Assembly: GCA_044507735.1 (NCBI GenBank)
Contig: JBIQJB010000001.1
Location: 1 to 64,000, forward strand
From: Nitrosopumilales archaeon
GTDB lineage: Archaea > Thermoproteota > Nitrososphaeria > Nitrososphaerales > Nitrososphaeraceae
Reading direction: 5' to 3'
DNA: 64,000 nucleotides
Each line of letters starts with the position of its first letter. The first letter of the stretch is position 1. The translations under genes were made by a program, and so were the position numbers. Of the stretch, positions 41,674 to 49,777 are shown piece after piece. A model generated the notes under the pieces. It did no database searches, had not been told where the DNA came from, and saw only the letters and a program-made list of their open reading frames with translations.

Positions 41674-42388
41674 CCAAGCTGCTGAGAGTACCTCTCACAA
41701 AAAGGCTCCCCAAGATCATTACTTGGATTGCTGGGGAAATCCAAAAGAAGCAGTCGGCGGCAACGCAGAGATTCCCGTAGAAGGGAACTCTGACCATACT
41801 GGCGATTCAAGTGCCGAACAATCTCGGGTGCCAAAACAACAGCCTTCGCCCACCGTTTCACAGTACCCAGAATTACAGAAGGAACCAGCGGATAGCGTAC
41901 CAGATCTTGTGGAGGTAGAACGCCAAGAGATGTACCGCTACAGGAACTACGACGAGATGTCGGCTGAATTCAGAGAACTCCTTTCCACAGCTGCACGTGC
42001 ATATGAACTGATACCGCAGATGTACAATCGGCTGACTCTGGTTGAAGGATATGATCACGCAGGCGCTCTGCGGAAAATGTATGAAGACCACCGAGACCTC
42101 CGGGGGTTTAGCGTTCGGAACATCCGGCGCTATCTGCCAGATGATAACCCCAAAGTGCCTAGAAGAGTAAGGACATCACGTCCCAAGCAAGACTCAAATC
42201 AATCAGACCAAGAATCGAGCATATTTATTGTGGAAACCCGGACTGAGCTAGAAGTTGGGAGTGAAAAACAGCCGTACATAGTCCCACTGATAATTGAAGT
42301 GGACACCGTGGCCAGAACAGTGGTAAGCGTTAGGGTTGACCAAGCCAAGTTCGATGAATGGTACTATCCGGAGTTGAGTCAGAGTTGA
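41666..42388 (+). CDS. Hypothetical protein with HTH-like segment
   Basis: LRGFSVRNIRRYLP; coupled operon; TTG start assumed. Confidence 0.65.
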   Translation: MADQAAESTSHKKAPQDHYLDCWGNPKEAVGGNAEIPVEGNSDHTGDSSAEQSRVPKQQPSPTVSQYPELQKEPADSVPDLVEVERQEMYRYRNYDEMSAEFRELLSTAARAYELIPQMYNRLTLVEGYDHAGALRKMYEDHRDLRGFSVRNIRRYLPDDNPKVPRRVRTSRPKQDSNQSDQESSIFIVETRTELEVGSEKQPYIVPLIIEVDTVARTVVSVRVDQAKFDEWYYPELSQS

Positions 42389-43428
42389 AAGTCTCAGAGA
42401 GCAGTACGCTAAGTGTCCAAATGACAGGGTTAAGCTGGTACCTATCAGATAGGGACATAGATGGCTTAGCAGTATCGCATTTCAGAGATACCGGAAAAGG
42501 TATTACTTGGAAGGATGTTTTTCAAGCCAAATACGCCAAGGACAAGAAGAAGGCCCAGGACAAGCTGAAGTACCATGTCAGGAAAGGCGTCCTGTTTACC
42601 ATAGGCAGGACAAAACCCCAGCAATACTTTCCCACAAGCCTCCAGTCAGAGATAATGAAAAATGCGCTAAGTACACAAATACGACACAACAGGGTAGGTA
42701 AAGATGACGACAGCAGCATCCTACCACCTGCGGTACTCTGCAAAGGAATCCAAGGACATGACATGGATGGCAAGACACACGACATGCTGGTTGGGTCTAT
42801 CCTCCACATGCTACCCAAGCTTCCATTCTTCATACATAAGATGAACTTCAACACGACTGTTCCAACAGAGCTGTACAACCAGCTAGAGCTTCCAGTGCTG
42901 GATAAGAACAACCAGGCCAAGCGCTGGGAGAGCAGGGTAGGGTCATTTGTCGTCAACTACTGGCTATATCCAAACGGCACGCTCATGATATACTCTGAGA
43001 CAAGCGATAGGCCCTTTCGGTTACAGACAGAATCAGACCTATACGAGCTCATGGCTTTCGTGGGCGAGATGCGGCGCTGCATCAGTGTTATGCTCAATGA
43101 TATTCATGGACGCTTAATACCCCGAACAACATGCTGGTTCATAACGCAATGCGACATCAACAGGGACATACCGGTTGACCATGCCTTTCACACCATAGGG
43201 CTGAACGTACGCTGGCCGTATCTTGGAAGGATCTTCCACATTTACATCAAGTGCATGGGCAAGGACACAGTAGCCCGGGTAGAAGAAGAGCTGTCGCCAA
43301 ATGAACGGTTCTTCCAGTTTCTGGAGAATTGGTTTGACCCTGAATGGGTGGCCAAGCAAAGGCAGGAAGGCGAAGAGGCGGTAAGGACAGAGATGTCCGA
43401 CCAACAGTCAAGTGCAAAAGATGTTTAG
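42385..43428 (+). CDS. Putative replication initiator (wHTH + Rep_trans-like motifs)
   Basis: N-terminal wHTH-like region; ITQCDINRD, FHIYIK, ARVEEEL; followed by repeats. Confidence 0.5.
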   Translation: MKVSESSTLSVQMTGLSWYLSDRDIDGLAVSHFRDTGKGITWKDVFQAKYAKDKKKAQDKLKYHVRKGVLFTIGRTKPQQYFPTSLQSEIMKNALSTQIRHNRVGKDDDSSILPPAVLCKGIQGHDMDGKTHDMLVGSILHMLPKLPFFIHKMNFNTTVPTELYNQLELPVLDKNNQAKRWESRVGSFVVNYWLYPNGTLMIYSETSDRPFRLQTESDLYELMAFVGEMRRCISVMLNDIHGRLIPRTTCWFITQCDINRDIPVDHAFHTIGLNVRWPYLGRIFHIYIKCMGKDTVARVEEELSPNERFFQFLENWFDPEWVAKQRQEGEEAVRTEMSDQQSSAKDV

Positions 43429-43444
43429 TTTGATCCAAGTGAAC

Positions 43445-43648
43445 ACTAACCGGTTCCAAAACTCCACTAAGCAGTTCCAACCGCGAGTTACTCTGATCCA
43501 GTCATTTTTGGAACCTACGATTGAGCACAACTAACCGGTTCCAAAATGGGGGTCCGAAATTCGTTTTGAAATATTTTGAAATATTCTCGGGTTTTGCGTT
43601 CCCCCCTCCACCCCTAGGGTTGAACCTAAAATAGCCTATCTGGAACCG
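43445..43648. repeat. Iteron-like repeat cluster (putative origin)
   Basis: ACTAACCGGTTCCAAAA at 43445 and 43530, degenerate copy at 43466, inverted TTTTGGAACC at 43506 and TGGAACCG at 43641, (TTTTGAAATA)x2 at 43564. Confidence 0.8.
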
Positions 43649-43705
43649 CTTCTTGAGTGTAGAAAGCAGCGCTTTGGAATTGTTGATACCTTTTGCTTCA
43701 GCATG

Positions 43706-43718
43706 CTAATAAGCAAGC
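43706..43718 (+). promoter_or_regulatory. Promoter motif CTAATAAGCAAGC (copy 1)
   Basis: Identical to 44666-44678 and at the same spacing to a TTG start. Confidence 0.65.
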
Positions 43719-43736
43719 GTGTTTTTCCATTTTATG

Positions 43737-44582
43737 TTGCCAAAAGAAGATAGCATTGTCGGGGAGATTATCAATTTTCGTGGACTTGTCTACAGCCCGA
43801 TTAATGAGCAGGGCGTAGTCTTCCTATTTGGTAGACTATTGGATGATCTAAATATGTACATTGAGGAGGTCAGAACCAAATATCCTGATTGTGTAGCAAG
43901 GAGGTATACCGGTACCGGATGGAAGAAGGTGTACATTGAATTTGAATATGCTAGCAGTAACTTCCTTCAGCACAAGCATGACCCAAATGACTGTGACATA
44001 ATTGTGTGTTGGGAGGACGATTTATCTCCTGAAGAGAAGAAGCAACTTTATGGGGTTGAAATTATAGAACTTCAGAATGTCATAAGGGATCCTGCCATAA
44101 AGAATGTGGTAATTAAAGCGCCTGCCAAGGAAATTACCCGGAGCGCTTACGATTTTAACCATCACTTCAGAATGAAGGGAACACTTAGGCACGTACAAGA
44201 ACTATATTTTGAACTCGATAGGCGGATCCGGTCTATTGATAAAGAGATTTTCTCCAAAATATCTGAAACGCGGGTCACTTATTATTCCCCAACCAGAGTT
44301 TTCATTTATGTTGGTTTCAGGAAAAACGGTTTTTGGCTAAACATATTTACAAATGCTCAACATGTTGAGGGAGTCAGAAATATCAAGAATCATCAGAACT
44401 GGGGAAGAATAATCATCAAGTCCGACAAGGATTTGGACGTTGCGATGAATGCAATTTTGAAGTCACATTCAATCATGAAGGAAGCTGTAAAGAATAACAT
44501 CAACACCGGCTGGTTTGCATTAACGCCTAGAGACCATCTTGAGGAAGATGAGGAAGACGGTGAAGAGGAACCTGAGAAATGA
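43737..44582 (+). CDS. PD-(D/E)XK endonuclease fused to a DUF5655-like domain
   Basis: NEQGVVFLF..YPDC..IEFEY..DIIVCW; C-terminal ELYFELDRRI..VFIYV..IIIKS. Confidence 0.75.
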   Translation: MPKEDSIVGEIINFRGLVYSPINEQGVVFLFGRLLDDLNMYIEEVRTKYPDCVARRYTGTGWKKVYIEFEYASSNFLQHKHDPNDCDIIVCWEDDLSPEEKKQLYGVEIIELQNVIRDPAIKNVVIKAPAKEITRSAYDFNHHFRMKGTLRHVQELYFELDRRIRSIDKEIFSKISETRVTYYSPTRVFIYVGFRKNGFWLNIFTNAQHVEGVRNIKNHQNWGRIIIKSDKDLDVAMNAILKSHSIMKEAVKNNINTGWFALTPRDHLEEDEEDGEEEPEK

Positions 44583-44665
44583 GACAGGATAGGCTTTATC
44601 GCAAATCGTCTGAGTTCAGAAACAGCTAATTGCGTAGCCATCGCTGTCCGAGTGCGATAAGCAAT

Positions 44666-44678
44666 CTAATAAGCAAGC
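44666..44678 (+). promoter_or_regulatory. Promoter motif CTAATAAGCAAGC (copy 2)
   Basis: Identical to 43706-43718. Confidence 0.65.
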
Positions 44679-44696
44679 AGCCTTTACCATTTCTAC

Positions 44697-46208
44697 TTGA
44701 CCAAGGATACCAAAGTCACCTTCTATGGCGGTATCAACGAGATTGGTGGAAACAAGTTCTTGGTTGAAGACAAGGGAACAAAGATCTTCTTGGACTTTGG
44801 CATGCAGATGGGCAAGGCCAACGAATACTTTGCTGAGTTCCTAAACCCCAGGACGCTCAACGGCATGGGTGACCTCTTTGAGTTTGGTTTGCTACCACGA
44901 CTCGGTGGTCTCTACCGAAAGGACTATTCAAAGCACATGGAATATACTGGCTGGGCTGCTGACGATCACCGGCAGGACACTTCGGTCGATGCAGTGCTTT
45001 TGACGCACGCGCACGTTGACCATGCTGCATATATTCACTATTTGCGGCCTGAAATCCCGATCTATTGCTCAGAAGCTACAAGACTGATCATGCAGGGCTT
45101 GCAGGATACTGGCAGCCGGGAAGAATACATTACGTTCAAGAAAAATTTCCAGATTTACAAAAACACCAAGGGGGAGATGAGTAGAGGCAAGGGCGAAGAA
45201 TACCAGCAGCCAAGGAAAATAGTCGTCTTTGAAGACCGCAAGAAATTCAAAATTGACTCAATAGAGGTTGAGCCACTGGCAGTTGACCACTCTCTGCCCG
45301 GCGTCACGGGCTTTATCCTGCACACTTCAAAGGGGTCAATAGCATACACCGCTGACATTCGATTCCATGGACGCCGGGTGTCTGACAGCCAGCATTTTGT
45401 CGAGCAGAGTGCCAAGTCTGACGTGGACATGCTGCTCTGTGAAGGCACCCGCATCAGCGAAACCTTCTCAAAGACAGAGTTTGAGGTTGAACAGGATGTC
45501 AAAACAGTCATAAACAAGACAACTAAGTTGGTTATCTGCTCTTATCCAACTCGCGACCTTGACCGGCTTCTGTCGTTTTACAATGCGGCAAAAGAATCCG
45601 AGCGTGACTTGGTCATCGACTTGAAACAGGCTTATTTACTGAAACTGTTCCAGACCTCAGAGCATTGGAAAGCGGTCTTTCCTCGCCCAGATGACAAGCG
45701 AATAAGGATAAACATACCACGCAAGTCGTGGGGCTTGATCGGAAAGGACATCGAATATTGGACTGCAAACCAGTTGATGCAGGATTATGACAAGTGGGAG
45801 CGTGAATTTCCTGACTATGAGAACGCCACGAACTATCAAGAGATAGCGGCGCACCAGAAAGACCTGATATTCTATTGCAGCGACTATCAGCTCCAGCAGC
45901 TGATCGACATCCGACCTGAAACAGGATCCGCATACATTCGGTCGCTGACAGAACCGTTTGACGAGGAGATGGAGCTGCAGGAAGAGCGCATAAAGCGGTG
46001 GCTGGCGCATTTCGGGCTAATATCGAGCGAAAAAGACTGGACGCATGCCCATGTCTCAGGACACGGCTCGGGCGATCAGATAAGGAAAGTAATAGAAGGA
46101 GCCAAGGCGAAAAGCCTGGTTCCAATCCATACCGAGCACCCCGAATATCACAAGAAATGGCATGGCAACGTAACTGAAGTATCTGCGGGTGACTCACTGC
46201 AGCTTTGA
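44697..46208 (+). CDS. RNase J-like beta-CASP metallo-beta-lactamase hydrolase
   Basis: GGINEIGGN, LDFG, THAHVDH, VDHS, CEGT, HVSGH, PIHTEH. Confidence 0.88.
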   Translation: MTKDTKVTFYGGINEIGGNKFLVEDKGTKIFLDFGMQMGKANEYFAEFLNPRTLNGMGDLFEFGLLPRLGGLYRKDYSKHMEYTGWAADDHRQDTSVDAVLLTHAHVDHAAYIHYLRPEIPIYCSEATRLIMQGLQDTGSREEYITFKKNFQIYKNTKGEMSRGKGEEYQQPRKIVVFEDRKKFKIDSIEVEPLAVDHSLPGVTGFILHTSKGSIAYTADIRFHGRRVSDSQHFVEQSAKSDVDMLLCEGTRISETFSKTEFEVEQDVKTVINKTTKLVICSYPTRDLDRLLSFYNAAKESERDLVIDLKQAYLLKLFQTSEHWKAVFPRPDDKRIRINIPRKSWGLIGKDIEYWTANQLMQDYDKWEREFPDYENATNYQEIAAHQKDLIFYCSDYQLQQLIDIRPETGSAYIRSLTEPFDEEMELQEERIKRWLAHFGLISSEKDWTHAHVSGHGSGDQIRKVIEGAKAKSLVPIHTEHPEYHKKWHGNVTEVSAGDSLQL

Positions 46209-46228
46209 ATAAGAGGCTTATCGCCGGA

Positions 46229-46699
46229 TTATGATTTTGCTGGCGTGACCTTGACCGTGTAATACGTGTTTTCAGCATAGGCTTTTCTGGCTTCAATTGA
46301 TACTACTTTACAATCATCTTCAATTAGCAATGCTTTGCTGGGGTGCGCATCTTCATCTATGCCATCGAAAATTTCGCTAAGGTACGGGAGCGCATGTTGA
46401 TGTGCTGGCTGCAAATACTCGCAAATCCCAGCAATGAATGAGTCCAAGTCGCCTACATGATCATGGGAAGACCTGTCTATTACATTGGGAGAGTAAATAT
46501 CAATTTCAATCTTGACGGGACAATGAAAGCAGTCTTCTAACCCTGCACGTTTTCGTGCTTCAAGGGCTTTCTCTCTTAGCCTGCGAATATCTACTGCTCT
46601 CTTTCTAGACCAGCCCGACTTGTCATCAAATTTCTTTGGCGGCTTTCCCTCTACTCTAAACCCGATTTCTAATTCTTTTGCATTGAGGTCAGTCGCCAA
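46229..46699 (-). CDS. RusA-like protein
   Basis: VEGKPP, PVKIEIDIY, GDLDSF, IEDDCKVV; TTG start at 46699 assumed. Confidence 0.6.
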   Translation of the reverse strand: MATDLNAKELEIGFRVEGKPPKKFDDKSGWSRKRAVDIRRLREKALEARKRAGLEDCFHCPVKIEIDIYSPNVIDRSSHDHVGDLDSFIAGICEYLQPAHQHALPYLSEIFDGIDEDAHPSKALLIEDDCKVVSIEARKAYAENTYYTVKVTPAKS

Positions 46700-46798
46700 G
46701 CTTGATGCTAATAGGTGGCTGAACGATAATATACATTTGTAGGAACTTGGGATGACAAAAAAAGAAAGGCGGATATCCACAGCCAACCTGATAGCATC

Positions 46799-49773
46799 TT
46801 ATTTTCTGCTTCTACAGTCTTTACACCATGACTGCACTCTGACAAAGCCATCCATGTTCCTGTAGCCGAACAAACGGTTAACCTGCTCTCTGCCATTCGC
46901 TTCCTTTTGACAGAGTGGACACTTTGCTTTGACTTCGTTGGATGCGGACATGTCTGCGTGTTTGTTTACAATGAGCCGGACCTCAGAAGGTGAAAACGCC
47001 ACATCACATGCCCATGTTCCAAACTTGCCTTCATTGTTTACGGCTTTGACCCATTGGTCAAGCGCCTTTCTCTTTGTGCGCTCCTTTTCGGTGTCCTCGC
47101 CCTTTATCTCAAGCGCAAGCGTGATGCCATTATTCAGCCTGATCAAAAAGTCTGGATAATACCTGTGGACAATGCCGCCATACGTGTATGAAACGTCAAA
47201 GCCAAGATGGTCGTTCTTGACCCATGCTTCCACAGCAGAATTTCGCTCAAGCTCAAAGACTGCATTCTGCTCCCAGCGACTGTCAATTACCGCGTGGCTG
47301 ATGTGCGACTTTCTTGTATATTCAACAGGCTTGCTCGAATACCACGGCATCATGTCAGCTGTTGACTTGATCGGCTTTTCCTTATCATAAACGATGTTTA
47401 TCGATTCAGTGTTTTCATAACTGATCTCGTTCCAGATGTGCTGGACGATCTTGCTCATGTTAAGCGAGATAAGCACCCTGCGCCGGAGTTCTTCCCGGAA
47501 TGTCGTGTTTGCAATGACCAGCTTGTCGCATTGCAAGAATTCTTCCACTATGCCGACAATCTGCATCAGCAGATATTCCGTGTTGCCTTTCCACCCAGGC
47601 TGGAACTTCTCATATAGGTCACGGGCAATCTTGAATATTGCAGTCTGAAGCCTAAAGCGCTTGCCCAGCTTTTCGATGTCGATAGTCGATATTTTGTCAA
47701 CGTGGGGCTTGCCGTCGATGACCGGTGCAAGGTCAACTATCAGGCTATTGTCTTCTGGATTAATGACAAGCTGCTCCACCTTGTCCCAGTTGAGCGTCAG
47801 TTTTGGCGTATAAGTCCTGTCGATTCTGATAATGTTTGCCCACGAAATCTGGTATTGCTTCTTTGAAGCATACGGCTCGATACAAGTAGTAGGCTTTGGC
47901 GCTGGTGGGACTGTCTGTGAACTTCCTTCCACCGGCAGGAAAGTGAACGGTATCCCAAACACGTTGACGTATTCTGGCTTGAAAAGACCTGTCTCTGGGT
48001 CAACGTCGTATGAAGTGCGTCTCAAGCCCCTGCCGACGACCTGCTCGCACAGCAGCTGGCTTGTAAACGCCCTGAGCCCCATGATGTGCGTCACAGTTCT
48101 GGCGTCCCAGCCCTCTGACAGCATTGCGACTGCAATAATGTTCTGGATATGCTGACCGGGCTTGCCGACCTTGCCCACCGTATCGACCACTTCGCGCAGA
48201 TATTCGGCTTTATCCTCACGTGACATTTTCAACTGGGCAACTGCGCCGTTCCCTGCGCCGCTTGTTTCTTCATTATCACCTTCATTGTCGCTATCATCTT
48301 GCGATGATTTGCTTGCTGGTGAGGATGCAGCTGTCTCATCAGTGTCCTCTTTGCTTTCGGCTTCTTTCAGAACTTTTGAATCTATATGGAGCATTTTTGC
48401 AGCGTTGCCAAGCTCTTGGATTTCAAATCTGTTGTTCTTGAACGAAAATTCAATTCTTGCCGCTGTTTCCGTCCTATTGCAGACAGTAATCATTACTGGC
48501 GGCACCGGCGATTTTGCCTTTTCCCAGACCTTCAGAGTTTCGAGCCAGTCGTTGCCAAGCGCAAAATACGCATTCTTGATAAGGTCTGGCAGCTGTTCAT
48601 CGGGTTTTGCCTTGCGGTTAATGTCGTCCTTTACGTCCGGGTCTGCATAGATATGATAAAACCGAGAATGATAGTCCTTGCCAAACTTGCCGTCGTCGCG
48701 CACGGCAATCCTTGGAGTCTTTACCAGCCCAGACTCAATGGCATCGTTTAGCGAAAAATCAGAGACGATCCAGTCATACAGGGTTTCCTCAGAGACTCCC
48801 TTGCCTGTCGGGATAAACGGAGTTGCAGAAAAGTCGTGACAGACCAAGACATTTCTCCTTGCATGGATTCTATCGATACCTTCCATCCAGCGCGTCGCTT
48901 CTTCTAGCTGTTCGCTCGAAATAGCGACTTTTGCATCAGGTTTTGGACGCCAAGCGTGATGCGCCTCGTCGTTTATCACGATTATGTCTCTGCTTGTGTG
49001 GTTGCCGCCAAGAATTCTGCGGGTAAAGGCTTCGTCGCTTTCCTTGCCTTTCTTTACTACGCTCTTTGGGTGCTCCTCAAGCGGCATCAACGTATGCCAG
49101 TTGTGGATTGTAACCCTAGCCTGTCGCAGGCTGTCGAATTTCTTTGAAGGGACGATCCTAAAGTCTACATAAACGCTATTCTTTGCAGCTGGGTCAAGCA
49201 CCTGCAAGCGCTTTTTCACTGTCAGTCCCGGCGCGATGATAAGGAAGTTTTTGGAAAAGCGCGGATCTTCCGGGTATGCGACCTTGTTCAAGGTATGCCA
49301 AGCGATGAGCATCCCCATGACGATTGTTTTGCCAGTCCCAGTTGCCATCTTGGAGCATATTCTTTGAAACGGTCCGCCGTCAGATGGTATCTCAATTCCT
49401 TGTTTTTCTTTAGATGGTGCCTCCGTCAACCAGATCAGGGTTTCCATCGCTTCTAGCTGGCAGAAGAAGAATCTGTTGTCTCGCTCCTGTGGATTGTGCC
49501 AATAATCCAGCAGCTCCTTGGTTGTCCCTGTTACGCCAGAGTAGCCTTTCTCGCGCCAAGCATCGACACGATCGCGAATTGCATTAACTAGCGGAAGATC
49601 GTGAAAAATCCCGGGATCGTCAAAGGTCGTGTTCCCTGACGACGCCAGATAACCCGCAGGTCGTCTACCCTTCAGTCGCTCAAAGAATCGTCTCTCTCTC
49701 TGTCATAGTGCCAGTGAGAAGTAGGCTTCTCATAGGGGCTACAGATGATGAGATGCTCGATTGTTTTGCTCAC
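46799..49773 (-). pseudogene. res: Type III R-M restriction subunit, frameshifted by +2 in an (AG)n tract at 49691-49701
   Basis: KMATGTGKT, NDEAHH, SEGWD, EQVVGRGLR, YPDF..LEIKG; N-terminus MSKTIEHLIICSPYEKP..HWHYDRE lies in another frame. Confidence 0.88.
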
Positions 49774-49777
49774 TGCG

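Noticed and set aside
43445-43546. CRISPR array
   Set aside because: Repeats are 17 bp, irregularly spaced, partly inverted, and there are no cas genes
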